From contig OZ245365.1 in assembly GCA_965226495.1 (NCBI GenBank), positions 2,048,001-2,112,000 of the forward strand: DNA of 64,000 nucleotides, in the 5' to 3' direction. The notes beneath the pieces were generated by a model, which had not been told where the DNA came from, did no database searches, and saw only the letters and a list, made by a program, of their open reading frames with translations. Of the stretch, positions 29,791 to 40,087 are shown piece by piece (position 1 is the first letter of the stretch; every line of letters begins with the position of its first letter). Position numbers and translations under genes: made by a program. This DNA comes from Candidatus Marinacidobacterales bacterium (GTDB lineage Bacteria > Acidobacteriota > Vicinamibacteria > Marinacidobacterales > DATDRI01).

Positions 29791-30852
29791 CTAATCCGAT
29801 TGCGGCGAGGGCCGTGTCATCAAGTCCACGAAGAGCTTCTCGAAACGCTCGCGATCGATGTCGGTCTGGACTTTCCACGTTCGTCCGGCCCACCAAGGGC
29901 GATTCTTCTTGGTCCACCACACGGTCTTTCCGTAATCCGGTCCCCAGGCGAATTCGCAATCAACATAGAGCTCTTCCTTCTTGGTAATGACCTTGGGGTC
30001 GATGATGGAAGCCGCTGAGAGCTCGTCCCACATGTAGGAGAAGATACCTTCGTCTACGTTGGGTCCTAGATACGATTCCTTCATGTAGTTGGCGAGCGGG
30101 GTGTTCGCCGTGGCGATGCGCTCGATCAGCTCTTTCGTCATCTGGGTCTTGTGGCACACGTCAATGGGAGTAAGCTCCATGTCTTTCCACGGCGCGCGAA
30201 GGTGCATCGCGGCCGCCTCGGCATCCCACCAAAAATTGAACATGTGGTTCACGTGGGTTGCCCCACCCATCGTGTAGACGGCTTTGATCTTGCCGATGAT
30301 ATCCGGCGCGATCCGGATCGCCAAAGCGATATTGGTGAGCGGACCGGCGGTGTAGAGCACGAGCTCGCCCGGGTACTTCCGTGCCATCTCGATGAGCAGC
30401 TCCGCGGCGTGTTTATCCACCGGTTTGATGGTCGGGGGGCCGCCCGGGGCAGGAGGGATGGTCGTCTTCGGTGCGACCTCTGGGCCCCATGCACCGTGCC
30501 ATCCATCGCCTTCCTTCGGTCCCCAAAGGGCCTCGCGACGGTTCATCGCCCCCTCGCTATTAATAAGCGGATCTTCCGAGCCGGCCGCCACCGGAACGTC
30601 GGGCTGGCCGCAAACTTCTACAATCTTGAGCGTGTGATAGACGGCTTGATCGAGCCAGGCGTCACCACCAACGACGCCGATCCCCACGACCTCGATGTTA
30701 GGAGCCATGAGCAGCATGGCGATGGACACCACGTCGGTCCCGCCGGGACCGGAAGTGTCCTGGTCGATGAAGACCTTGATGCGCTCTTGTCCGGAAGAGG
30801 AGCTGGCGAGCAGGAAGACAGCAAGAGAAACGGCGACTGATACACGATGCAT
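29791..30852 (-). CDS. Nucleoside hydrolase family protein with signal peptide
   Basis: DQDTSGPGGTD, AGPLTNIA, NFWWDAEAA, MWDE. Confidence 0.88.
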   Translation of the reverse strand: MHRVSVAVSLAVFLLASSSSGQERIKVFIDQDTSGPGGTDVVSIAMLLMAPNIEVVGIGVVGGDAWLDQAVYHTLKIVEVCGQPDVPVAAGSEDPLINSEGAMNRREALWGPKEGDGWHGAWGPEVAPKTTIPPAPGGPPTIKPVDKHAAELLIEMARKYPGELVLYTAGPLTNIALAIRIAPDIIGKIKAVYTMGGATHVNHMFNFWWDAEAAAMHLRAPWKDMELTPIDVCHKTQMTKELIERIATANTPLANYMKESYLGPNVDEGIFSYMWDELSAASIIDPKVITKKEELYVDCEFAWGPDYGKTVWWTKKNRPWWAGRTWKVQTDIDRERFEKLFVDLMTRPSPQSD

Positions 30853-30871
30853 AAGCTCCTCCTCGTCGAGC

Positions 30872-31957
30872 CTATGGTTTCCGCGGTGGTGCGGATAGGC
30901 GCTCTATGAACGTAGCCACGAACCGGTCACCGTCCACGACGGTCGGCACGTCGGCGTTCGGCTCCACCTTGGGGAAATTCGTAACCTCGTAATGGTCTCC
31001 CACGTCCTCGATGCCTTCCAGGAGCAAGTAGCGGTTGGCGACCGTCTCCCCATAGGTCAGGTCTCCTTTGGTTTCCACATCGATGAGCATGGATTTCATC
31101 TCAGTGGCGTAGGTCTTGTCGAAGGCCATGCCTACTGCCAGTGGATCGTGAAGATCGGCGCCCTCGAAGCCAAGCCTTTCCGAGAAACCGATGTAGAAGT
31201 CGTTGATGTCGGCTACGAACTTGCCAATCGCCGAGCCGGAGTTGGCGAGAGCAGGGAGGTGCCGGCGGTACAACTTGGTCTGTGATGTGGCTCCGAGACC
31301 TACCATGGTGATAGGGATACCGGAGTTGAAGACAATCTTCGCGGCCTCGGGATCATTGTAGATGTTGGCTTCGGCCGCCGGGCTCGCGTTGCCCCCGACG
31401 GTCGAGCCTCCCATCAGTATGATCTCGGGAACCTTCTCCCGCAGGGTGGGATCCTGCAGCAGTGCGAGCGCGATGTTGGTCAGCGGGCCCACCGGGACCA
31501 AGGTGATAACCCCGGGATTCGCGTTCACGATATCGATGATCACTTCCACGGCGTGGCGGGGGTCCAGCTTCTTGGTAGGAGCGGGGAGCTCGACGTCTCC
31601 CAAGCCGTTGGCCCCGTGAATCGATTCCGCGGTGATGAGCTTCCGCTGTAGAGGATACTTGGCGCCCTTCGCCACGATGATGTCGGGCCGCTCCGCCAAC
31701 TCGACGAGCTTGAGGGCGTTCACCGCGCCCTTGTCCACGATCACGTTTCCCGACACGACGGTGATGGCTTCGATCTGAAGCTCCGGTGACTGCGTTGCCA
31801 GCAAGACCGCCATGGCATCGTCGATACCGGGATCGATATCTAGGATGATGCGCCGTGGGTTCTGGGCGGTGGGGTTCTGCGCCGCGATGACCGCCTGGTT
31901 GTCGGCGACGATTCCGGCGGCGAGTAGCGCGGAGAAAAGGACTGGTAGTCGTTGCAT
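30872..31957 (-). CDS. Nucleoside hydrolase (canonical IU-NH type) with signal peptide
   Basis: DIDPGIDDA, IHGANGLG, AEANIYNDPEAA, LHDP. Confidence 0.93.
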   Translation of the reverse strand: MQRLPVLFSALLAAGIVADNQAVIAAQNPTAQNPRRIILDIDPGIDDAMAVLLATQSPELQIEAITVVSGNVIVDKGAVNALKLVELAERPDIIVAKGAKYPLQRKLITAESIHGANGLGDVELPAPTKKLDPRHAVEVIIDIVNANPGVITLVPVGPLTNIALALLQDPTLREKVPEIILMGGSTVGGNASPAAEANIYNDPEAAKIVFNSGIPITMVGLGATSQTKLYRRHLPALANSGSAIGKFVADINDFYIGFSERLGFEGADLHDPLAVGMAFDKTYATEMKSMLIDVETKGDLTYGETVANRYLLLEGIEDVGDHYEVTNFPKVEPNADVPTVVDGDRFVATFIERLSAPPRKP

Positions 31958-31972
31958 CGAGGGCAGGCTCCG

Positions 31973-32950
31973 TCAGAAAGCGTTGGCGATGGCGGCGATG
32001 GCTCCCGCGTAGAAAATGAACATCAGAAGCAGATAGAACTTAGCCTTACTGTTCGCTCCGGCGAACTCCTTCCACACGAAGATTCCCCAGACGGCGGCAA
32101 CCATGGGCGCACTCTGGCCGATGGCGTAGGAGATTGCGAAGCCAGCGGTACGACCAGCGATCAAATTGAAGGCGGTGCCGATGCACCAGATGAAGCCGCC
32201 GACGAGGCCCAGAACGTGCCAGCTCGGCGCGCCCTGCACGTAGCCCGACAAAGAGACCGGCTCTCCCACCAGTGGTTTCTCCATGAAGTAGATGTTGAAG
32301 ATGAAGGTCGAGACTAGGGCGGCCAACGTGAAGAAGACCACGCTCGTGTAGGGGGTCAACTGACCGGCGCCGGACGCCATGGAGGCCGCGGTGAAGGGCG
32401 ACCAGCCTCCCATGAGGAGACCGCTCACGATGCAGATCCAGATTCCCTTCTTCGTGACCTTGAGCTTTCCACCTCCCAGCTCTTTGTAGGCGAGCGCATC
32501 GGCGATGATGGCAACGAGCGCGAGTACAACACCGACGGCGAGCAACCGGACATCGCCCTTCGGCTCCACCAAGTAGGTCACGATGGTTCCCACGACCAGC
32601 GCCGTGCCAATAGCCACCGGAAAGGCGACGGCCAGGCCGGCGATGGCAATGGCGGCGACCAGCAAGATGTTCGCGAGATTGAATACCGTCCCCCCGATCA
32701 TCGCGAGGCCTAGTCGCGAGCCGGTGGCTTGCATCAGGTTCGGCATGAAGGCTTCCTCACCGCCGCCCCAGCTGCCGAGCGTGAAGGCGAGAAGTAACGC
32801 CATCACGAAGATGCCGATGGCGTAGTCCCAGTAGAAGAGCTCGAAGCGGACGTCTTTGGTGAGTTTATAAGTGTTGGCCCAGGAGCCCCAGCAGATCATG
32901 CAGATGATCATTAAAAGGAGGGCGAGCCCGTAAGATTCGGGTATGAACAT
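31973..32950 (-). CDS. DMT-superfamily transporter (GRP/ureide permease-like), probable ribose or nucleobase uptake
   Basis: MICWGSWANT, FELFYWDY, ISYAIGQ, WGIFVWKEF; ~10 TM; heads the NH-NH-rbsK run. Confidence 0.8.
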   Translation of the reverse strand: MFIPESYGLALLLMIICMICWGSWANTYKLTKDVRFELFYWDYAIGIFVMALLLAFTLGSWGGGEEAFMPNLMQATGSRLGLAMIGGTVFNLANILLVAAIAIAGLAVAFPVAIGTALVVGTIVTYLVEPKGDVRLLAVGVVLALVAIIADALAYKELGGGKLKVTKKGIWICIVSGLLMGGWSPFTAASMASGAGQLTPYTSVVFFTLAALVSTFIFNIYFMEKPLVGEPVSLSGYVQGAPSWHVLGLVGGFIWCIGTAFNLIAGRTAGFAISYAIGQSAPMVAAVWGIFVWKEFAGANSKAKFYLLLMFIFYAGAIAAIANAF

Positions 32951-33026
32951 TCTTCATTCCCCTTTCTCGCGATTGCGAGACCAGACGAAGATTCGAGCAC
33001 TCTAGCATAAAGTACCTGAAAAAGGA

Positions 33027-34103
33027 CTAGTGCATCGAGGCCGACGACGCGACCGGACGCTTCATCAGCTGGAGGAACGCCTCGATGAAACGGGGATAGT
33101 CCAGATCGAGCTGCACCGTTGCGTTGCGCACACCTTCCGGTGGTTTGCGGCCATTGCCCCAATAGAGCATCGCCCCGTACTCGGCGTCGTGGTCGATCTC
33201 GATGTCGACCGGCATCTCCTCGGAACGCGCAATGATCCCCGGCTCGATCAACGCCAGCACCGCGATCTGGTCGTACATCAGCGGCGAGGCGGCGTGCTCG
33301 GACCGTGAGAGGAACGTGTCGGCGAAGTAACGGGAGATAGGAGAGTTTCCCTCCGCGGCGGCAGTTGCGACGTCCTTGGTAAACGGAGCCTGCTCGCAGA
33401 TGTTCAGGGGGGCAATCGCGACTCGCCGCCAAGGAGCTCGGAGAACCATCCGCGCCGCCTCCGGATCCATCCAAAAGTTGAACTCGGGAAGCGTTCCGAT
33501 ACCTCCCCCCATAATAATGATCTCCTTTGCTAGGGTAGCGATGGCGGGATCCTTTGCTAGGGCGAGTGCGACGTTAGTCAGAGGCCCGATCGCGGCGAGC
33601 ACCACTTCTCCCGGATGCCGGTGGATCGTGTCGATGATGAAGTTGACCGCGTGGGAAGATTCCGCTTTCTTTTCGGCGAACTCGCCATCCGGAGGGCTGA
33701 CGTCCCGGGGGCCTGGCCCATCTTCTCGCCAGGCGCCCTTGTAACCGCCATCACTGGTTTCGCCGAAGAGGATCTCTCGTCGCTTGGTTTCCTCCTGGGT
33801 ATTTAGGAGGGGTCTCTCTGCGCCGGCGAAGACGGGGACATCCGGACGAGCAGCAATCTCCAGAATCCTCAAAGCGTTCGCTACCTCTTGTTCCAGCCAA
33901 TCGTTGCCGGTGACGACCGTGACGCCGAGCACGTCGACCTCCTCTGACTGTAGGAGAATGAGCAAGGCCATGGCGTCGTCGCTTGCGAAGCCGAGGTCGG
34001 TGTCCACGATGACCTTGAGCCGCCCGGACGATTCCTGGGCGGCGCCATTTGTCACAAAGAATACAGTATGCAAGCTAAATAAAAGTGCTGCCGATCTGAT
34101 CAT
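33027..34103 (-). CDS. Nucleoside hydrolase family protein with signal peptide
   Basis: DTDLGFASDDA, IGPLTNVA, EFNFWMDPEAA, MYDQ. Confidence 0.9.
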   Translation of the reverse strand: MIRSAALLFSLHTVFFVTNGAAQESSGRLKVIVDTDLGFASDDAMALLILLQSEEVDVLGVTVVTGNDWLEQEVANALRILEIAARPDVPVFAGAERPLLNTQEETKRREILFGETSDGGYKGAWREDGPGPRDVSPPDGEFAEKKAESSHAVNFIIDTIHRHPGEVVLAAIGPLTNVALALAKDPAIATLAKEIIIMGGGIGTLPEFNFWMDPEAARMVLRAPWRRVAIAPLNICEQAPFTKDVATAAAEGNSPISRYFADTFLSRSEHAASPLMYDQIAVLALIEPGIIARSEEMPVDIEIDHDAEYGAMLYWGNGRKPPEGVRNATVQLDLDYPRFIEAFLQLMKRPVASSASMH

Positions 34104-34110
34104 GCGCCCG

Positions 34111-34140
34111 AGTCTATGAGACGACCTGCCTTCATATCAA
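34111..34140 (-). promoter_or_regulatory. Putative sigma-70 promoter, leaderless, for nucleoside hydrolase
   Basis: Minus strand TTGATA-N18-TAGACT-N7-ATG. Confidence 0.5.
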
Positions 34141-34175
34141 GACTTCTAATAATGGCTTATGGTGGCAGTTTGGAA

Positions 34176-34205
34176 TTGACAGGCGGGACGCGCACTCGCT
34201 ACAAT
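34176..34205 (+). promoter_or_regulatory. Putative sigma-70 promoter for TonB receptor
   Basis: TTGACA-N18-TACAAT. Confidence 0.65.
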
Positions 34206-34299
34206 CCTCACGCGTCAGCGAAAAGGGGAGGGGAGTCTGCGCCGGCCCGCGCAACGGTTCCCAAACGGCCGACATGCTCTGGGCAGAAACGGAGGCCAT

Positions 34300-37254
34300 A
34301 TGACCGAAAACAGAAATTGCTTCAAGGTTTTCATGACCGTTCTCATTTTCGTCTTTGGAACGACGGCTGGCTTCGCGCAGACCCTCGACCGAGGTGAGCT
34401 GAGTGGGACGGTCATGGACGAGACGGGCGCCGCCCTTCCAGGCGCGACGGTCACTGTGACCCACTTGGGAAGCGGATTGACCCGCGTTGTTGTCAGCGAT
34501 AGTTCGGGTCGCTATCGAGCTCCGTTGCTGCCCGTGGGACCTTACCGGATCCAAGCCGAGCTTGCCGGCTTCGCCACACTGACCCGAGAAGGTGTCGTTG
34601 TGACGGTGGGATCGGCGCCGATCATCGACCTGACATTGCCTCTGGCAAGCGTGACGGAAGCGATCACTGTGACCGCCGACACTCCGGTCGTGCAAACGTC
34701 GCGAGCGGTCACCAGCACGACCCTCAACCAGGAGGCCATTTCCACGCTGCCTATCAACGGCCGGGACTTCCGTAACTTCGCTCTGCTCTCGCCGAGCGTG
34801 CAACAAAACGAAGCCCTCCGTGCCACGCTTCGCTTCGGCGGGCAGTCGGGCGACTATTCGCTGGTTGCGGTCGACGGTGCCGACCAAACCAATGCCTTCT
34901 TCGCGGAGTACACCGGCTCCCTGGAGACTAAGAACTTCGCCATCTCGCAAGAGGCCATCCAGGAGTTCCAGGTCCTGACCAACGGGTTCAACGCCGAGTT
35001 CGGCCGGTCCACCGGAGGGGTGATGAATGTGGTCACCAAGTCGGGGACAAATCAGACGCGCGCTTCGGCCTTTGCCTTCTTTCGAGACGGCGGCCTCAAG
35101 GCCGACGACCCGTTCGGGAATCCGGCTGGCGAGTTTAGCCAGAAACAGTTTGGGGGGAGCATCGGCGGTCCCATTGCCAAGGACAAGGCCTTCTTTTTCC
35201 TCGCGGCCGATCTGCAAAGACAAGATCAGACGAGCTTTACTCAATTCCGGCGGAACGTGGACGGAATCGCCGTTCCCGAATACGGGATCGCCAACCTGGC
35301 GGATCTGGAAGGGCCTTTCGTCGGAAGTCAGGATCTATCCACGGTCTTTGGAAAAGTCGATTTCGACGTCGCCGCCAACCATCGCCTCACGGTGCGTATG
35401 AATTACAGCAAGAACGAGACCACCAACTTCACGGCGCGGGGGACAGGAGTCGTAGCGGCCTCGGAGAGCAACTTCGAAGATTTCAGCAATACGGCCCTTT
35501 CGTTCGTGACCAGCTTGACCAGCGTCATCGGGACGAACGCGTTCAACGAGTTCAAGTTCCAGTACGTATTCGAGGATCGGCCACGCGAAGCGAAATCCGA
35601 CCTTCCGCAGGTTTCAATATTCGACACTTGCTCCGGGGGTTGCTTCGGACGCGAGTTCTTCCTCCCCATCAAGGGCGACAACGTCAAGATCCAATTCCAG
35701 GATAGTTTCAGCTATCTCTTCGGAAGCCACGACGTGAAGTTCGGCGTCGACTGGAACTCGAACCAGATCACCAACAACTCCTTCATCGGCTGGTCGCGGG
35801 GCCAATGGGACTTCTTCAGTTTGGAGGATTTTCAACGCCGGGCGCCGGGTGGATTCATTCAGCGGCAGTTCTTCGCCCCCTTCGATGAAGAGACAACCGA
35901 GACGAATAACTATTGGACTCACGAGCTTGGCCTTTTCATTCAGGACAAGTGGCAGCCGAAATCGAACCTGACGGTCAACTACGGTCTCCGCTACGAGGCT
36001 CAGTACAATGGTGATCCCAAGTTCCCTATTTCCGGACCAGACGGTACGATGGGCATGGTTCGGCAGGCACCGGGTACGGACCTGATTCCGGTTCCTCAGA
36101 CGATTGCCAACGACACCAACAATTTTGCTCCCCGGCTAGGTGTCTCGTGGGATCCCACGAACGATGGCCGCACCGTGGTGCGTGCTGCCTGGGGACTCTA
36201 CTTCGGCCGGACGGCGAGCATCTTCATGCCGACCGGAGGCGCCGGGTTCCGTGACACGACTTCCTTTCTTTTTCCGCCACCGGCAGGTTTGACCTTCCCC
36301 GACACTCTTCCGAGTCAGATACCGCCGGCCGCCGGCGTTCCTTCTATCAACTTTGTTGCCAACAACTTCAACAACCCACGCACCATGAACCTCAACGTCG
36401 GTATCGAGCGGGAGGTTGCTGACAGCATGTCGATCGGGTTTGACTACATCTTCTCCGACACCAAGAGCTCTCGCATCGGCGGGTTCAATAGTCAGTTCGA
36501 TCAAAACACTTTCGCCCCAACCGGGACGGACGAGTTCGGTCGCAACGTGGGGATCGGTGTCTTCACCCGAGGACGGCCCGATCCGAACTTCTTCCAGGCC
36601 GATATGCTGTCCAGCCTCGGACGCGGCCGCTACAACGCCGTCACCGTGACCTTCAAGAAGGGCTTCACCGAGCGCGGCCAGTTCTTTGCGCACTACACCT
36701 GGTCGAAGGATCAGTCGAATGCCGATGCAGAGCGGGATATCGGGATCAACATGGGGGTCGATAACCCGTTCGACGTGGAGTCGGCGTTCGGTCTCGATGA
36801 GCGGGACATGCCACATCGCTTCGTATTTCAGGGAACGGTGGATGTCGGGGCGGGCTTTTTGGTGAGCGGACTCGGCACTTTCCGCAGCGGTCGTGCCCTC
36901 GCCGCCTTCAACGACGTGGACGTCAACGGAGACGGCATCGGCAATCCTCCGTTCGACCGTCCGGTCGATGGCGGGGGCATCGTGGCGCGCTTTCCGGAGA
37001 GTCAGCCTAATTTCTATAACGTCGACATGCGCGTACAGTGGAGCGCCAACCTGGGTGGAGGAGGCGAGCTGGATCTCATCTTCGAGGTCTTCAACTTGTT
37101 CAACTTCAGCAACTACATCGCCACTCTCAATCATTTCACGGCACCGGCCTATGGTGCATGCAGCGCCGATCCGAACAGGGCTCTTTGCGACGCTTTTCTT
37201 GGCACGCCGAGAGAAGCTCAAATCGGCTTGAGGTGGAGATTCGGCGGAAATTAA
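34300..37254 (+). CDS. TonB-dependent receptor, Oar/Acidobacteria type with N-terminal carboxypeptidase-regulatory-like domain
   Basis: GTVMDETGAALPGATV, LPINGRDF, EFGRSTGGVMNVVTKSGTN, NNFAPRLG, C-terminal QIGLRWRF. Confidence 0.95.
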   Translation: MTENRNCFKVFMTVLIFVFGTTAGFAQTLDRGELSGTVMDETGAALPGATVTVTHLGSGLTRVVVSDSSGRYRAPLLPVGPYRIQAELAGFATLTREGVVVTVGSAPIIDLTLPLASVTEAITVTADTPVVQTSRAVTSTTLNQEAISTLPINGRDFRNFALLSPSVQQNEALRATLRFGGQSGDYSLVAVDGADQTNAFFAEYTGSLETKNFAISQEAIQEFQVLTNGFNAEFGRSTGGVMNVVTKSGTNQTRASAFAFFRDGGLKADDPFGNPAGEFSQKQFGGSIGGPIAKDKAFFFLAADLQRQDQTSFTQFRRNVDGIAVPEYGIANLADLEGPFVGSQDLSTVFGKVDFDVAANHRLTVRMNYSKNETTNFTARGTGVVAASESNFEDFSNTALSFVTSLTSVIGTNAFNEFKFQYVFEDRPREAKSDLPQVSIFDTCSGGCFGREFFLPIKGDNVKIQFQDSFSYLFGSHDVKFGVDWNSNQITNNSFIGWSRGQWDFFSLEDFQRRAPGGFIQRQFFAPFDEETTETNNYWTHELGLFIQDKWQPKSNLTVNYGLRYEAQYNGDPKFPISGPDGTMGMVRQAPGTDLIPVPQTIANDTNNFAPRLGVSWDPTNDGRTVVRAAWGLYFGRTASIFMPTGGAGFRDTTSFLFPPPAGLTFPDTLPSQIPPAAGVPSINFVANNFNNPRTMNLNVGIEREVADSMSIGFDYIFSDTKSSRIGGFNSQFDQNTFAPTGTDEFGRNVGIGVFTRGRPDPNFFQADMLSSLGRGRYNAVTVTFKKGFTERGQFFAHYTWSKDQSNADAERDIGINMGVDNPFDVESAFGLDERDMPHRFVFQGTVDVGAGFLVSGLGTFRSGRALAAFNDVDVNGDGIGNPPFDRPVDGGGIVARFPESQPNFYNVDMRVQWSANLGGGGELDLIFEVFNLFNFSNYIATLNHFTAPAYGACSADPNRALCDAFLGTPREAQIGLRWRFGGN

Positions 37255-37278
37255 TCCTCCGTAAGAACTGCTAGAATG

Positions 37279-37311
37279 ATGCCGGGGCCCGTTGGGACCC
37301 CGGCATTTTTT
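37279..37311 (+). terminator. Intrinsic terminator after TonB receptor
   Basis: atgccgggg...ccccggcat hairpin followed by T6. Confidence 0.7.
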
Positions 37312-38742
37312 ATGACTCCGGCGCTGGTTGTTCTTGCATGGCTGGTTGCCCCACCCACGATCGTCCAGGAGGAGACGTTCGAAGAGGTGATTACGCGCGC
37401 GGTTGTATCGGAGCGTGAGGGCCGGCTTGAAGATGCCACTGTCGCGTTCCAAGAAGCAGCACGACTTCGGCGCGACCATCCCCGCGTTTACTACAGCCTC
37501 GCATGGACCCTGTTCCAAAGGGGCTTGCTCAACGAGGCCCTCGAAGCCGTGGACTCTGCCCTGCGGCTCGACTCCGACGAAGCACTTTTTCACCTTTTCC
37601 AGGGTAAGGTTTTCCACGAGCTTGGAAACCTGCGAGAAGCCGAGAGAGCTTACCTAGAAACCATTCGCTTGGATCCCGAATCGAGCGATGCGTACCTGGC
37701 GCTCGCCGATGTCTATGCGACCACCGAGCAGTTCGAGAAATCGGTCGACGCGCTCCGCGCCTATCTGAGGATTCATCCGCAGGATACGCGGGCGTTGTAT
37801 TTCTTGGCCGGCGCCTTGAGCGATCAAAAACGCAGGGAAGAGGCGCTCGAGGTTTTCAATCAGGTCATCGAGCGGGAGCCCGATCATTCGCGCGCCTGGT
37901 TCCACAAGGCGCGTCTCGAGGCTCAAGATCCAAAAAATGCGGAGCTGGCGCTCGGTAGTTACGAGAGGTCTCTTCAGTTGGACTCGGCTTACGCGTTTAC
38001 TTACTACGAGTATGGGGCGCTCCTAGGAAAGCTAGGTCGTCTCGAAGAGGGAATAGCGGCCCTCGAGAAAGCGGTCGAGTTGGCACCCGAGTTATCTCAG
38101 GCTACGTACGCGCTCGGGAATCTCCTGAGTCGGGCGGGTCGTACCGACGAGGCCAAAGCCTATCTGGAGCGTTTCAAGTCACAAAGAGATGAGCAAGCCC
38201 GAACCGACGAACGGGCCAGGCGGGCGGTAGCGGCCCTGGGTACGGGACGCCAGCTACTTGAGGGGAATCGTTTGGAGGAGGCGGCAGAGGCCTTTCTCGA
38301 GCTCACCGAACTCGATCCGAAGAGCCATCAAGGCTACTCTTATCTTGCCAAGACCTATCGGTCCTTGGGGCAGGTTGAGGTGGCGATCGCGTACATCCGG
38401 CGCGCCATCGAGCTCGCTCCCGGAGCCTCAGAATATCCGTACCTGCTTTCGCTTTTTCTGAAAGATCGGCGAGATTTCGCAGGCTCGGTGGAAGCGGCGC
38501 GGCGCGCGGTAGCCTTGGGTCCAGGGAACTCAATGCTTCATAACGCCTTGGGGGTTATCTTGAGCGAGGCCGGCGATGCGCGAGGGGCCGTTGCGGCGTT
38601 CGAGGCCGCCGCCGAGCTCGATCCGGAGAACCCAACCTACAGTCTTAACCTCGCCGCTGCCTACGAAAGGATCGGGTCTGTGGAAAAAAGTGCCGTGGCT
38701 ATGGAGCGCTACCGGCAGCAGGTCGCAGCGCCGCCACCGTAG
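37312..38742 (+). CDS. Exported TPR protein
   Basis: ~12 TPR units; signal-like N-terminus; start after terminator preferred. Confidence 0.88.
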   Translation: MTPALVVLAWLVAPPTIVQEETFEEVITRAVVSEREGRLEDATVAFQEAARLRRDHPRVYYSLAWTLFQRGLLNEALEAVDSALRLDSDEALFHLFQGKVFHELGNLREAERAYLETIRLDPESSDAYLALADVYATTEQFEKSVDALRAYLRIHPQDTRALYFLAGALSDQKRREEALEVFNQVIEREPDHSRAWFHKARLEAQDPKNAELALGSYERSLQLDSAYAFTYYEYGALLGKLGRLEEGIAALEKAVELAPELSQATYALGNLLSRAGRTDEAKAYLERFKSQRDEQARTDERARRAVAALGTGRQLLEGNRLEEAAEAFLELTELDPKSHQGYSYLAKTYRSLGQVEVAIAYIRRAIELAPGASEYPYLLSLFLKDRRDFAGSVEAARRAVALGPGNSMLHNALGVILSEAGDARGAVAAFEAAAELDPENPTYSLNLAAAYERIGSVEKSAVAMERYRQQVAAPPP

Positions 38743-38745
38743 ACC

Positions 38746-39558
38746 ATGACCGATTGGGGAAACGCGCTGGCGCGTTCATATGCGCAAGCCAAACGAGGCG
38801 AAGGCGGGTTCACCTGCGCACAGATCCGCGACCTCACGAAGATCGACTTAGGCGACGAGTTTTCGCTGGTGATTGCGGTAGATTCCGACGGGGGTATCGG
38901 CTCTCGTGCACACGATCTGGTCAAAGTTCGCGAGTACGTCTTGGGACGATTCGCGATGAGAGTTCCTCTCATGGAGGTTCTCTCGTGTGGCGCGCTTCCC
39001 GTCGCCGCCTTCGACATGCTCACCGTGCCAATGGACGAGCTCGGTCGGGAAATTGTTCGCGGGGTGCGTGACGAGCTTGCGGAAGCCGGACTGGGTGCCG
39101 ACTTCCCATTGTCCGGAAGCACCGAAGATAACGTGCCCACCAATGCGACCGGAGTAGCAACGACGGTTCTAGGCGTTGTGCATCAGGACGATTTTCGTCC
39201 CGGAAGCTCTAGAGCCGGGGACAGAGTGCTGTGCGTAGGCCTTCCCAAGTCAGCGCCCGATGATGAGATTACTCTGGAAGACAAAGAGATTGTCCGGCTA
39301 TCGCATATCGCCAAATTATTGCGGATGGACGGTGTTCACGACGTTTTACCTGTGGGTTCGCGGGGAGTTTCGTACGAGGCGCGCGAGCTGGCGAGCTCGG
39401 CGGGCCTCGAGTTGATCGTGACTCGCGACACGAAGTTGGACGTAGACAAATCGGCAGGCCCTTCTACCTGCGTACTCTTATCCGTCTCCGCCGAGGAGAG
39501 CGTATCGGTAGCTCGAGGATTGAGCGTTCCCGTGACGGAGACTGGAACGCTCGCCTAG
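38746..39558 (+). CDS. PurM/AIR-synthase-related kinase, alpha-ribazole kinase (CblS)-like
   Basis: RDLT...LVIAVDSDGGIG...RVPLMEVL...GSTEDN...TTVLG...PVGSRG...KSAGPSTC, motif string recalled from CblS homologues. Confidence 0.7.
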   Translation: MTDWGNALARSYAQAKRGEGGFTCAQIRDLTKIDLGDEFSLVIAVDSDGGIGSRAHDLVKVREYVLGRFAMRVPLMEVLSCGALPVAAFDMLTVPMDELGREIVRGVRDELAEAGLGADFPLSGSTEDNVPTNATGVATTVLGVVHQDDFRPGSSRAGDRVLCVGLPKSAPDDEITLEDKEIVRLSHIAKLLRMDGVHDVLPVGSRGVSYEARELASSAGLELIVTRDTKLDVDKSAGPSTCVLLSVSAEESVSVARGLSVPVTETGTLA

Positions 39559-39579
39559 GACGCTCGTCGGACAGTCGCT

Positions 39580-40017
39580 CTACCGCACCATCAACCACGT
39601 CCCGAAGAGAAGCGACGTCACTCCCAGAGTGCGTGCGATATCGAAGGGACGCACGTTGGTACCGAACAATCCGAAGTGGTCGACGAGCGCTCCCACCGTG
39701 AGCTGTGCGGCAACGAAAAGAGTGATCGTCGTTCCCACACCGAGCCGCGGGATCGCGTAGTTGATCGCGCTCAGTATGCCGACGCCTAGGGTGCCCGCGC
39801 CCAGCGCATACCAGGGTACCGTACGCCACTGAGCGATATTCCCGCCGCCCTGGCCGAGCAGCAGGATAGCGGCGAGGAGCGTCCCGCCGATGTGAATGAT
39901 GAGCACGCTTGCCATCAATCCCACGCGCTGTCCCATGAGACTGGCCAGCGTTGCCTGAAGCGCGGCCGCAACGCCTCCGGAGAACGCGACCAGGAGCTTG
40001 AACGCCATTCCCAACAT
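39580..40017 (-). CDS. YdcZ-like DMT family small transporter
   Basis: ~5 TM, PWYALGAG, AQL..GALVDHFGLFG. Confidence 0.85.
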   Translation of the reverse strand: MLGMAFKLLVAFSGGVAAALQATLASLMGQRVGLMASVLIIHIGGTLLAAILLLGQGGGNIAQWRTVPWYALGAGTLGVGILSAINYAIPRLGVGTTITLFVAAQLTVGALVDHFGLFGTNVRPFDIARTLGVTSLLFGTWLMVR

Positions 40018-40087
40018 CTGCATCACCCTCCACGTGTCATCGGCAGGTCGCGGTCCATACCGGATTGCCGTGGTATCCTCTGGAACC

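Noticed and set aside
34206-34299. Cobalamin or purine riboswitch before TonB receptor
   Set aside because: Leader only ~90 nt and no recognisable B12-box or purine aptamer core
36136-37617. Long antisense ORFs (also 34132..35244, 1127..2134, 40037..41101)
   Set aside because: Shadows of well-supported genes in GC-rich DNA; no recognisable motifs
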